A stretch of 59,427 nt of DNA, filler included, from Nemertoderma westbladi (lineage: Eukaryota > Animalia > Xenacoelomorpha), in NCBI GenBank assembly GCA_032718475.1. It is 3 parts of 3 records of this genome, joined end to end, with 100 filler letters (N's around TTAATTAATTAA, not from the genome) between each part and the next. Parts side by side here need not be neighbours in the genome. Positions count along the whole stretch, not along the records: positions 24,106 to 43,187 come from JAUCBJ010008822.1; positions 43,288 to 59,427 come from JAUCBJ010003536.1; 1 more part is not named here. One strand, given 5' to 3'. Positions within the stretch are counted from its first letter, which is position 1; each line of letters opens with the position of its first letter. The position numbers were made by a program, and so were the translations under genes. Under the pieces are notes generated by a model, which saw only the letters and a list, made by a program, of their open reading frames with translations, was not told the origin of the DNA and ran no database searches. Of the stretch, positions 36,352 to 49,000 are shown one piece after another.

Positions 36352-38295
36352 TAATATATTGAGACCTTGTCAGCTTGTGACAGAAAATATGATACAGTAG
36401 TTGATTATTCCACTACTGTTTGATACTATTGGCTTCCATATCATCTGCCTACTGTACTTACAGTACCTTACATTACATTACGCATTACACTCTCTAGACA
36501 TAGAACATTAGACATACTGTATGAATCAATACTAGAAATGGTTGTTAATATACAGGATAATACAAATAGATTAGAATAACCATGATACACTTTTAACTAT
36601 TCCCTATAATTTTCAATTCTATAAAATATATTAATATATTCACTGAATTCGATAGCCATATTAGATAATTCATATTCATCAATTTTATATTTTAAAACTA
36701 TTTATTTCTTGATAGGCAACTTTATTTTAATTAATAATCTTGAGTGTAATTAAAACCATGCGATTCACATGGGAATTAACGCATGATATTCTCATTGTGT
36801 AAAACATGCGTAAAATAAGCGTTAAATGAGGTGTGATTCGCATGCGATTTTCATGCATGGAATCACATGCGTAAAATAAGTTGTGAATCGCATGCGTAGA
36901 ATCGCTTCCCTATTTTACATGTGATTCACATGCGAATCACAAGAGTTTTATCGCTATTTATTGAGCCGCAATAAAAACGCATGACGCTTTAAAATCACTT
37001 GCGATACGCATGCGCATTTTTCACTGGGTTGTTACATTATCTTGGTAATGTTCAATTATGGGGAATTCCTATTATTATATATATATAACTATATGAATTT
37101 TAGCCTGCAGCGGGTTTGGAGCAATACCGAGGGAATTTCAGACCCAAGGTACTGTACTTTCACCATCGGGAGGGTGGCTGACAATAATCATACTCTAACT
37201 CTTGGCTACTACAGTACCATCTGAAGGCCGCTGTTTGTGATTGCCAATTAAAATAAAACATCTGTATTTCTACAGTATTAATTTTATACAGGATATAGTA
37301 CATTGTGATTTAGGTGGGGTTTCCATTATGTAATAACTCTGGATGCTCCGCCCTCTATTAAGGATTATACAAGCACTGGCGGCACACTGTATAGAAAAAA
37401 TATACCGGCGAATTTCCCACAATTCCAAATAAGCAGCAATTCGTCACTAACTGCAACAAATATAGCAACTACTATAAATTGATTGATTGACAGGTTTATA
37501 TTAGGTTATAATGTTTTATTGTTACCATTTACTTGCATTTGTAATATGTATTAATTTTGTATTTTGTATTTTCTTGTGGCCTAAAATTATCAAATAGAAC
37601 ATATTACTTTCATTATAATCAAATTAAAGAATATTATGCATTAAATGCGACAATATAAAATGTCCAATCTTGGTAAATTACTAGCTGTTTTAATACTAAA
37701 TTATCAATTGAAGGAAAGGATCACGTTCCAGAGGCACATAATTGTAACTACTGTAGATGAATACATGAAAGTCAATATAACATGTTGAGTTTTATTTTTG
37801 AGTGTTATGAGCTGTTATTTGCGTTGATTTTGTATTTTTGAATTAATTTTTATTGCGTGAAGGTGTGTTTGTTAACATAATAATATAGCAGTATTTAGTT
37901 GGAATTTTGTCTCTTGTACATCACTAGGCCTACCAATATCAACATCAAGGGGAACACTATCAGAGCCCGGGGGTATTCAAATTTATCCACCTAACTTCCG
38001 TCTAAATCCACTTAGATCCACCTGTACCTCCTCCACCTAAACCCCACCTGACTTTCAGCCAGTCCACCTAGACGATTTTTGTTGGAAATAGGATTTCACC
38101 TTGTTTCCACATGTTTCGACTGCTCCAGCCACCATTTTGAGCACTCGGGTTTTTTTTACTATGGACTCGGATTGAGGTGGATAAACGATACTGTGGTGGA
38201 GAGGGTGACTGTAGAAGTGCATAGTTCAGTCAATCGATAATCATTTGACTAAAGATTGTACCAAATTTGGGGAAAGTCCCACCAATAGACCTCAT

Positions 38296-38328
38296 GTTGC
38301 TATGTAAAATCCCTGTCGCTATGGAAAG
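38296..38328. promoter_or_regulatory. Two weak X-box-like motifs next to a CCAAT
   Basis: GTTGCTATGTAAA and GTCGCTATGGAAAG; motif match only. Confidence 0.3.
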
Positions 38329-38859
38329 AGGCATGGAATTGAGAGTGATCCCTATCATTTATTTTATAACCTTTTTTGGTGAGATTAGCAAGATAATATA
38401 GAATCAAACAAATTTTTGTGATCAAACAAGTGCAAAAACTGTTGTTTTGGATTACGTAATATACCTCTTCTTTTTCGATAGATTGACTGGACTATATAGG
38501 CCTCCCAAATGTCTCACACAGGTTAACGAAAATAACAAATATTAACGAAACGTGTAACAATATGTTTATGAATACGGTAGGCCTACTCTACAGTATGTTG
38601 GAGGACATACACAGGATCGAAAGATTGATAGGGTCGAAAGAGTCAAAGTATCGAAATGTGAGTGAAAAGATCGAAAACTTAACTTCATCGTGTCGAAGGT
38701 TTAGTTTAGTTATTAGTTTAGTAATTATTATTTACTATTTATACTGTAATTACGTTTTATCACAAATTGTTCTGTACATTACATCTTTATCGTTGAGTCG
38801 GACATTGTCTCGCTCTCGGTAAAGTTGTACATGTACATAGTGTAATTACGTTTTATATT

Positions 38860-39042
38860 GGTTTTAGGTTTGCGTAGTGTAATATTGTATTTGTAGCCAA
38901 GTAACATAAATGACCCCCTTGGAAATAAGCTGCGAAGCTTTAGGGGTAATTCTATATGTTATGTTGGACAATACCTACTGTAAATACATTGTTTGGTGTA
39001 TTTGTTATTGTTTTTACATAATATATAAATAAATCCATCTAT
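38860..39042 (+). mobile_element. Probable LINE 3'-end remnant
   Basis: Stem-loop-like GACCCCCTTGGAAATAAGC..GCTTTAGGGG, then TACATAATATATAAATAAATCCATCTAT; a similar tail is at 24106-24138. Confidence 0.4.
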
Positions 39043-39817
39043 AAGGTTCGAAAAGACGTTCGAAAGTGTCGAAATGATATTGTCAAAGACTAACAATATA
39101 TATAGTGTTTATATATAACTTTATTAATATTTCTTCAAATAGCTAAGTGTGGAAGGGGGAGGCAATAGGAAATGGGGGGTAACAGGAACTTACAAAGTGA
39201 GCAACTTTAGATTGACAGAGAACTGATAGCTAATATCGCCAGGTAATGGCATTTGAATAAATTCCTTAAACCAATGTTTAACAGCTTTGCCTTCATCAGT
39301 ATCTTCACAACAAACAGTATTGAGTCCGAGTTTGTCTCGTTTCAGATTTATAGCCTTTAGCGAAATGAAAACGGTTGCCAATCGAAATACACATCTTGTG
39401 TAAGAGCCTCCATATAGCAGCACCAACAAGTACATAATCCAAGAGACAGGTTACAGGGATTAACTGCGCACCAACACTGTAACAACGTTATCTGATGAAA
39501 AAAGACGAAAACAATCGATAATAACTCCCTTCGGCCAATCCTTTCAATAGTGATTATGTCAAAATATGGCTTTCACCTAGGACCAGCTCAATGTTAGTGA
39601 ACAATTGGCCCAGGTTTTGAAATACATTACATTTACATACATCCCATATATTTCTATATTATCCTATATAAACAAAATACCTTATTGGTGACTCTGAACG
39701 GCCATCGTATCATTTTATTTTTTTCTTATTAACTGAAAAGTCGTGGGCACGGCATGATATCTAAGAGCTGAAATGTCCGACACCATAATTTGAATTCAAC
39801 GTTTACAATAATATCTG

Positions 39818-39830
39818 GTTGCTATGCAAC
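39818..39830. promoter_or_regulatory. RFX X-box candidate upstream of ARMC9
   Basis: Palindromic GTTGCTATGCAAC ~720 bp upstream of the ATG of a ciliary gene. Confidence 0.6.
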
Positions 39831-40551
39831 AATCTAAACACTTCTTATGAATTTGTTTCCTGATTCAGTGATAACAGTCTGACAATGTCAGTTCACTGGT
39901 TCAGCACACTGTACATCAGTATCGCCTTTACCTGTTAGCGGATAGCGTACCGGACAGGTAGTTTGGAACATAATAAGTGAGTAGGCTACCAGCACTATAA
40001 ATTAAAAAACCTGATGGCTATTGTTTTAGTAGTACACTGTCCAGTCAATGTACTGCTGCTGCTGCACTGGCAGACTGGGCTTGGGAAGTTTCCAGTTCCA
40101 CTGCGACTGCAGCACTGTGTCTGTCACTCACTTCTGCACTTCACTCTGTTATAAGTACCGGTAGTAGTACTAGTACCATAATCTGAGAAAAAATGAGCGA
40201 CATCATTGCGCAATAGGTTCGTAATTACGAAATTATATATTTATATTTCATTTATATGTGGCCTACCGGTACCTTACCCTGCCTACCTTCCTACCAATAT
40301 ATAAGTGAAAATAAAAAAATAAATAATAATAGGTAATTCTTAACTTCAGTCAGTCAGTAAATAGTAGAGTGGATTCCCTTATTCATTGCGGAAGTACAAA
40401 TGGCAATCTATCAGTTTATAGACTGATAGATACCGGATATACGCCGTTTCTTCGATGTGTTTCTTCATAGTTTTAAACTAAGGCTGAATCTGCAGATTTA
40501 TCATCAAGCAGTCTAGACATTCCAATCCGCCAAATTTATTTAACCATCACG

Positions 40552-41223
40552 ATGTCGCAATCTGTGATTGCTTTCGAAGAGGAATTGAATTCGATTGTCA
40601 ACGAGTATCTCGGCTACGGAGGGTACACCGACTCCGCTGACCTTTTCGTTAAGGAATGCGAAGACAAAGGTAAAACTAAACCGATCACAAACAATAAAAT
40701 ACAAAACGATATCAAAAAGATTGAAGTCCAACGGGAACTGATAACTTTAGCACAAAGCGGAAACCGAAAGGAATTCTTCATTCTGTGGGATGAAACAGTC
40801 CCGGAATCTACGAGAACGAAGGACTCTTTGTGTAGGAAACTGGAGTTCTACCTTAGTATATACTTCGCTATCTTTCCGATAAGAACTGCGGTGGGTGGGG
40901 AGGATAAGGCAGCTGTTGACGAGGCTATGGCGGAGTTCAAGGTCTACCTAGAGAACCGTGGTTCGACCCTCAGTCAGACCACAGAATTCCTCCCGTACTA
41001 CGCGCTGCCGTACGTTCCCAACCCCGCGTCGCACCCCTCTTACCGCGAACTGTTTACCGAAGAATGGAACGCGGATCTCCTCAACCGGGTGGATAAGTAC
41101 CTCGGCTTTACGCTGCAGAGTTACGGCCAACCGACTCTGTTCGAGTTGTACAAGGAGACCAGAAGTAGAGCGGATGCGAAGCGGCATCTAGAAGATACGG
41201 AAGCGCGACTGGGTGATTTACAG
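40552..41223 (+). CDS. ARMC9: LisH domain-containing protein ARMC9, first coding exon (224 codons)
   Basis: LisH ELNSIVNEYLGYGGYTDSADLFVKEC; KLEFYLSIYFAIFP; FKVYLENRGSTLSQTTEFLPYYALPYVPNPASHPSYRELF; donor CAG|GTAAAT, phase 0. Confidence 0.95.
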
Positions 41224-41764
41224 GTAAATATTAATCGACGAATTACTATCACGTCTCAATGTTAAATTATTTAAGGGAAAGGAGCAGGTTACAATGGGAA
41301 GTAATTCTAACCAAAACAATAAACTAAATTCAATATATTAAAGATTTTTCCTGCTGGCCATGCGCCATGCCCCCAACTATAATGAATGTAATATGTATGG
41401 AACTTAATTAATTAATAAAATAATTGATTTCTATAAAAATTATAAATTAACACTATTTAAATTACATTTAAACCGAGTATTATATTATATTGTTATTCCG
41501 TATTTCAAGGGAAAGTAAAAATAAGTTTGATTTTTTTGTTGATGTTAAAGCCTTCACAAACTGCATAGTTAAGAATTAACGCTGGATCCCGGATTCGAAC
41601 CGTGGTTTGGAAACTAAAGTCTCCGATTCAATGTTAATTTTTTTATCTATTTTATATCATTATGATTCTATTAGAATCTCAATAAAGTAATATTTATATC
41701 TCCTTGTTTTAACGTATTTCTCACATTCTGGTTAATAAAATGTAGATTTAATTTTTTCTCACAG

Positions 41765-42124
41765 AACAAATATACGGTAACTAAGCAACGGTACAAATCG
41801 CTTCAATCGGACTACCACAACCTGCTGGGAATAGCAGCGGAGTTGGTGGACGCCTTGGAAGATTCTATAAACGGGAGTTCAGTGACCCCGGAGTACCTAG
41901 AGGTCATTACCAGACGATTGCTACGCAACCACGTGCCGACCGCGGACGGAGAGGAGACTGACCTCAGACGACCCGGGACCGCCAGTTCCCTGATCCGCGG
42001 CGCCGCTCGGACCCAGCCGGAGTCGGATCGGATGCAGACGGAACGCACTTTACCGGAATCCGGTCCGAACCGCACCGAACAGGAATCCGAAGGAGTTCTC
42101 GCCTCCCAACTCGATTTCTTTAAG
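41765..42124 (+). CDS. ARMC9: ARMC9, second coding exon (120 codons)
   Basis: Acceptor ttttctcacag; LQSDYHNLLGIAAELVDALEDSINGSSVTPEYL...DLRRPGTASSLIR...LDFFK; donor AAG|GTATAC. The rest of the gene is lost at the contig end. Confidence 0.93.
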
Positions 42125-42978
42125 GTATACAAACAAACTCAATCAATGTATTATATTGAAGTAACTATAATAAAATTTGATACAATAATAGTTAGTTAAC
42201 TTTATACTATTTATTATTGAAAGAATTTAAATTAAATCAACCAGGGCCCATTTAATTGCGGGAGGGGAAAACCCTACGGTTTTTTTAATTTCTATGTAGT
42301 AATTTGCATAGGAAACGATATACCATCAAAAGGAGAATCATCAAATCTACCTAAAAATTTGAAAAATAAATTTTGGCGCCCCCTAGCTGCGTCACATTAA
42401 AAAAATTTATTTTTACATTATTATTTTCCGATACCACATTTTTTGGAACATAATATTGTAAAAAACGGTTAAGAAATGGCGGATGAGTTGAGTAGTATTT
42501 TTCGTGCTAAAAATGTCACTCTGAGATAATCACCTTCAAAGTTCAAACCTTCCCGCGCAAAACTACCCGTATGGGGTCTGGTTGGTTAATAATGTCTGAC
42601 ATGAAGGAAACACACCACCGAGCTAAAATTATATTATGGGGGTTTTCGGGGTCCCTGATTTAATTTCTGACTGTCAGTTTTATTATTTGTTGGAATGTAG
42701 TATTGCACTCACTGCAGATTGTTTGATTGTCTGTCTGTCTGTCTGTCCTGTCTTACATTTTGGGATACAGATTGGCATACAGATATTATTCGTTAATTCA
42801 AGAACTAAAAGAGATCGCTAAGCGGTTTTCAGAATTGAAATTCCCTTTAGCCCATTAAATTCTGCTCTAGATACAATAAAAAAAAAGTGCTGAAATTGTT
42901 TCCTTAATGCTGCAAAACATTATCTTAATTATCTTAAGTAATCTTAAAAGAATTTATAAATTCAGTGTCTACTAGAAG

Positions 42979-43187
42979 GAGACAGGGGGGGGGGGGGGGG
43001 CTGGACGCAAATCCCATCTTGGTGAATTAATAGCCCGCCTAGGGAAAGGAGCAGGTTCCAGTGGCACGTGTTTTAACTAACCAAATACAATAAACTAAAC
43101 ACTATAGAACAGGTTACAGTTTTATTATTGAGAGTAATCAGCTGTTATTTGCGTCCAATTCCCCTGGAGAGGGATAAATTTTTATTG
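42979..43187 (+). mobile_element. Poly-G-TIR MITE (copy 3), cut by the contig end
   Basis: GAGACA(G)nCTGGACGCAAA...CCCCTGGAGAGGGATAAATTTTTATTG; internal fragments also at ~41251-41335, ~9505-9556 and ~37808-37858. Confidence 0.85.
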
Positions 43188-43287
43188 NNNNNNNNNNNNN
43201 NNNNNNNNNNNNNNNNNNNNNNNNNNNNNNNTTAATTAATTAANNNNNNNNNNNNNNNNNNNNNNNNNNNNNNNNNNNNNNNNNNNN
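43188..43287. other. Artificial contig linker
   Basis: 44 N + TTAATTAATTAA + 44 N. Confidence 0.97.
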
Positions 43288-43716
43288 CGGCCCCACCATC
43301 GCCGTTCCGGTGGGCCGTCCGTCGCCCTCGGCCTGTGGCTGGCCCGCGACATCAGTGTCGACATCCCCGTCGTCTCTCCCGGTCCGGCGTCGTACCGGCA
43401 GCCCCACCGTCGCCGTTCCGGTGGGCCGTCTGTCGCCCTCGGCCTGCGGCTGGCCCGCGACATCGGCACGTCGACCCTCGTTCCGTGTCGACTCCTCTCT
43501 TTCTCCCTCGACCTCGTTCTCTCTATCCTCCGACTCGAGTCCCTCTCCTCTCAACTCGGATTCTGATTCCAGACGGTCCCCCTCATCTTGGACTTCCGGG
43601 TCACCCGTTACCGATGGCTCCGGCGTCGTGGGCCTATACCGCCTGGTCGCGGCCTCGCGGATCGTTTGCTCTTCGTCCGGGGTCCGCGTCGGTGTCGATT
43701 CACCTGACTGACTCAT
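43288..43716 (-). CDS. N-terminus of a probable Gag ORF of an antisense LTR retrotransposon (truncated by the contig start)
   Basis: ATG 76 nt inside the LTR boundary; open acidic/disordered frame MSQSGESTPTRTPDEEQTIREAATRRYRP... with a 117-bp internal repeat. No diagnostic domain is visible, so the gag call rests on position. Confidence 0.6.
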
Positions 43717-43792
43717 CTCTCTTCTGCAGATTGGTGACTGGTGGTTTAGCTAGTTTTACAGTTTGACTAGGGCGGCAGCTCGATTCAGTTAC

Positions 43793-46069
43793 TGTGACGG
43801 GATCCAGGAAGGATCCCGATTTATCCGTTTGTCAGTTCACGCGTCCCCGCCGTGTGTGAAAGATAAAGAGTTTCTGTTGTTCGTTGTATTGTAATGTTCG
43901 AGGTATATACAATATAGATATAGATAATGATGACTGGTAATATTGTTGTACACGGAAGGCGGGAGACGGTAACTGAAATCCCGGTACTTCCCTAGCTAAA
44001 CTATTCTTACAGTAGTACCAATAACACTGAGATAACTGAGGTAATATGATTACTGGTTACTGGTTATATTGCACGGTGGCCTTATTGCTCTACTCAATCG
44101 ATGCCTTGCCCCCCTCTGATTGGTTGATACCCTTGTTGGCGCCCTTTGGAGTGTCCCGTTCACTCCACCTGTTCTCTTGGTTAGGGGTTTGGCCCCTGAC
44201 CCTTATTGTGTGGTTCACCTTCCCATTTTGTTGGGGTGGCGCGAGTTGGTTGATTGCCCAATCTCGAGGCCCCCAATATTGCTCATCGGCTTAACTTTTA
44301 TGGGGTGTTAGCGGGATTGGATAAGCTAACAAAATATAAGATCTTATCTAAATGTCAATATGGATTTCGCCCTAAATCTACCACTACTCACGCTCTCCTC
44401 TCCGTTATTGAAAACTTACATAAGTATCTCGACCAAAAACTATCAGCCTGTGCGATCTATATAGATTTACGCAAAGCATTTGATACCCTAAACCACTCAA
44501 TCCTACTTAACAAACTTAACGCGTACGGTATCCGTGGTATTCCTCTTAAACTAATTACTAATTTCTTAAATTCCAGAACACAATTTGTTTCTATAAATAA
44601 TATCAGCTCGTCGCTATTACCGTTAACATGTGGGGTCCCTCAAGGAAGTATTCTATCTCCGATTTTATTCCTCCTATATATAAATTACCTGCCTAACGCT
44701 ACATCTCTCATATCTACCTTGTTTGCGGATGACACCACTCTCTACTCCTCTAACTCTAACATATCTACTCTGTTAAGGCTAACTAATATTGAACTAACGA
44801 AAGTTTCTGACTGGCTAATAGATAATCGTCTATCATTAAACCTAACCAAAACAGAATATGCAATATTCTCAAACTCACACCAAACCTATACTGATAAACT
44901 ATCTATTAATGGTACTGATATCCAAACTACAGACTACACTAAATTTCTAGGGATACTAGTAGATAGGAACCTAAATTGGAAGACATACATAGATTACATT
45001 ATCAAAAAGATATCTAGAACATCTGGTCTATTCTACAAGCTCCGTCACATTTTCCCACTACGCATTCTTCGCCAACTCTATATAACCCTAGTTCACCCCT
45101 ATCTACTCTACAGCATTCTACTTTGGGGTAAAACCCACTCATCTACTCTAAAACCACTACAAATTAAAATTAACAAACTCGTACGCTGCATAACCTTTTC
45201 CCACTATCAAGCCCCTTCTAGACCTATTTATAAATCACTTAGTATTCTTCCGCTGGACCTCCTATATAGACACCAAGTAGGAAACTTTATGTACGATATT
45301 AACTCCAATACTATCCCGGCTGAATCTACTGTAGGCTCTCTAATCCAAAAAATATCCTCCCTTCATAATTACTCTACTCGCCTCTCCAGCAACTCCATTT
45401 ATACTATCCCTAAAGTACGTCTATGTTCCTCTCAAACTTCCATGAGTTTCCAAAGCCCGACGATTTGGAATGCAATACCACATAAATTTAAACTTAAAAA
45501 TTAAAAACCCTGTTTTTCTGCCTCATACAAAAAACAATTACTCTCCACTCTCCCATAAACTTAACTAACCAGTTCTTCTCCAAAAAAATATAAAATTACA
45601 AAAACTAATCCGAATACTGAATTTATCGTTAAAAAAAAACTCTCATATTCCTTTATTAAATTTAAACAATAATAAATAGATATAATGTTTAATCTTGGCT
45701 TGAATGCTGCAATGCAGGAACCGACACAAAAAAACTCCAGTACGTAACTACAAATGCTCATTAATAAATTGAATTCGATTGTAGAGTTGCTGCTGCGCCA
45801 CCCCCCCCCCCCCCCCCCCCCCCCCCCCACCTTACTCCACTTTCCATAATTTCACTGACACGCCAGGCACTACTAGCTTTGGCTATTGCCTTGCATGTTA
45901 GCCTATAATTACTACATTCAATTAATTACTATTATGAATATTCAGTATATGTGTTAATAGAGTAAATTGAATGATGTGTTATTGTTAAAGCAACTTTACA
46001 GGTAACAATGGAAAATTAAAACTATTAAACTATTAAAACTATTAAACTATTAACCGTAATGCTGTCACA
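43793..46069 (-). mobile_element. 5' LTR (~545 bp) of an antisense Gypsy-like element, split by a LINE insertion
   Basis: TGTGAC...GTCACA inverted ends (43793, 46069); minus-strand CCAATC, TATAA (44068-44064) and TCAGTT initiator 29 nt later; U5 hairpin CGGGATCC-N5-GGATCCCG (43798-43818). Confidence 0.7.
44325..46053 (+). mobile_element. 5'-truncated CR1-group (L2/Crack-like) LINE: RT domain, 3' UTR and tandem tail
   Basis: QYGFR, IDLRKAFDTLNH, GVPQGSILSPILFLLYIN, FADDT, KFLGI, in one open frame to 45504; (TAAACTAT)n tail at ~46016-46053. Confidence 0.92.
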
Positions 46070-49000
46070 GTTATTCTGAAGACAACTGGAACCTCAAGAG
46101 CAGGGAGAACTGCTATACCTAGTGAGAGAATGGATATTGAGGATCAGATTAATTCTTTCAGCTTTTGAAGAAGCCTCGAAGAGAAGTCAAGATACATCAC
46201 TGCAGGTGGCAGTAAAGACTTGGTTCCAACGACTGAATGTTAAAGTTCAGGGAACAACCCAATGGAAGGCTCAGTTAGTGGAACAACTAGCTACGGAGAA
46301 TCAACAGATCCAATCTTCTCCCATGGGGAAAGCGAGGCAGTATCCGAAAAACCTCCAAAGAAGGATACTATTGACATCTATCGATCGGATTATCAACGAT
46401 TTATAGGTGACAAAGAGCTAAGGAGACGTGTAGCCGGACTTCACACCAATAGTGAAGCAGCCAAATTAATTTTGGACTCCTTAGATGCAGAGATGTTAGC
46501 GGCGGAGCAGGCTAAATTTGATGAAAGTATAACTCATTGAGATGGACAAAGAGGAACAAATAAAGAAAGGATTAATATAAGACCGGAAAAGAGCTGCAAC
46601 CGCTGAGGCCGAATTACAAGCTGCAGCGGCGGATGTTGATCGAAAGGCAGCAGCGGCAGCGGCGGAAGTTGATCGAAAAGCCACAGCGGCAGCAGCGGAA
46701 GTTGATCGAAAGGCGGTGGCGGCAGAAGTAGAACGTAAAGCTGCCACAGTAGAAACTGAAAGGAGGGCAGATGAAGCAAAGTTACAATTAGAGTTAGAGA
46801 GCATTCAGGCGAGACAAGATTACTTAAGTAAACAAAGGGCAGTGACTCAGATGCAACAACTGAGTCGATCTACTTCCAGAAGACATGGATTTACCTCCTC
46901 AGATGAAGGTACTACTACTGATTCCAAGTGTAAAGGTAACAAATCTCATTCAAACAGACGTAGAAGTTGCCCAACTTACCCCCCCCCCCCCCCCCCCCCC
47001 CGGTGAGAAGGGAATTAGCTAATGTAGACTTAAGAGATAGAGAGTCAATAACTCAGGTTGTAAGAGTAGAAAGGCTCCCTACCATAGTAGATGAGCCAGA
47101 AATAATTAGGCCTGTTAGCAAAGCTACTCCTTTAATGGAGACCCTTTTGCTCCCTGAACCCAACTCTGAATTCCCTTTACATAGTACCAAACGTCCCTTG
47201 TCCAGTAGACAAATGCCAGAATCTCAGACTGGTATTGACACCGAGCAGAATCTAATAAAGCGACTATCCCCTGTCACCCCGATGTGCCATCCAGCTACCA
47301 TGTTGGTGGCTCCCGCACCCACGGTTGAGTGGATGGAGGAGGGGCGGCAAGAGATGGACGAGCTGCTCGGGCAATTGGTTAAAACCAAGGCTCGCTCCAC
47401 AGAACAAGTCTGAGACTTGGAAGGGACTGTTCAATTGTTAAAGGGAACAGTACGAGATAGTAAAATAGAGTTGCAAGAAGTGCAGCAACACATAGCTCTC
47501 GAACACGATAAATTAGTCAATATACAAATGGGTATACCACCACCCCCTATAACAGTGTGTCAGCCCTTTAGGCCTGAAGTATCTCGTATCTCATGTGCAA
47601 GGTGTGGAGCCTACACGCATCTATACTGCTAGTGAAGTAGAAACTCCTATATAGTAAACCCTATTAATAGTATTAATAAACCTGTCGATAATGATATCCC
47701 ATACCGCTCTGATAATAATCCATGAAATTTATATGCCGATAATTCGATATTAAATAGTACGATGGCTCAAGAAAGTTTCACAGGTCAGATGGCTAGGACG
47801 GAAGCCCATCAAGCTGTAAAGGTGGGAGAGGTCGTCAAGTTTAATGGAGATGAGATGAAATGGTTACCTTTTAATAAATATTACAAAGATAACATACAAA
47901 ACTCTGTACTATCCAACGGAGAGAAACTATGATTCCTCATTGAGTGCCTGGAAGGTCCTCCCAAGTTAATGGCGTTAAAATTTATTGGACATCCTGATGG
48001 ATTGAGACAAGTCTGTGATACACTTAACATCAGGTATGGTAATAGGACTAACATAGCTAGATATCTGTATGCGAAATTAGTAGCACCCAGGAAGTTTCTT
48101 AGCAGCAGGATTATAGAGTTTTCCGATGAGCTTTAGGAGATCTGTAGACAGTTAGACTGGTTGGGTAAGTCTCACGAATACCAAAGTTCTCGGGTTGTAG
48201 GGGCCGTAGCATCAACTTTGCCAAAGTGCGGTATAGGTACTCGCTGGGACAAAAGGGTTCTATAGTTGATGGACCAACAACATAGAGATCCAACCATGGC
48301 GGATCTTATGTCGTTCTTAAACAGAGAGGTAAGATTACAGCTAATAAAACAGTCTAGAGAAAAGACTCCAGAAACCCAAGGTAAGTGAAAAACCCATTAC
48401 TAGGAGAAAGATAACACCAGTGTGTTATACCGATTATGAGAGTCAAACTTCTTCTGATGAAGATAGTGGCAAAGACACCGAAAGAACTTATTACATGACA
48501 TAAGTAAACCCAAGTTTCGAACTAGTGGCAAGGGAGAACAGCTAAAAACTCCCCCTACGTCTCCGAAGAGCATTCCTGGTAGGAAGCCCGAAGAAAGAGC
48601 TAGCGTACAAACTACCATACTACTACTAGGATCGGCATGCTGCATTGCAGCTGCATTTTTAAGAATGTTGTGCCGGCTTGTCAACAAAATTACGCCGCCA
48701 CAACTCCCTATCACCCATGACATTTGCTAGATCATCCGCATCTTTAAGGCCTGTGTCCTTTAAGATGCGTCTCAAGAAACTCATGGGCTGTCCACCATGC
48801 TTATTCACTCCATGAGGCTGCCAAAGTACAAGATTATGCACTGGCTGGTCCTCGCGGCGAAAGCAATGTCCTGCAAAGCGGAGGCGATTTTGTTCTAGTG
48901 TCAAGCTTGGGGGAACCAATGAGACACCTCCAATGTTATATAGTGTCTGGTTGGAGATGTGTGCATTGTACTTGACACAATGAACCCGGCGTAGCATTCT

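Noticed and set aside
44254-44324. N-terminal extension of the LINE RT ORF in the ORF track
   Set aside because: These codons are LTR sequence read through by chance from a TTG; the LINE is 5'-truncated.
43788-46074. Solo LTR with a GTTAC/GTTAT target-site duplication
   Set aside because: Imperfect match, and joining the flanks gives no continuous element (antisense gag-like ORF on the left, sense BEL gag on the right). Kept only as a less likely alternative to the self-priming reading.
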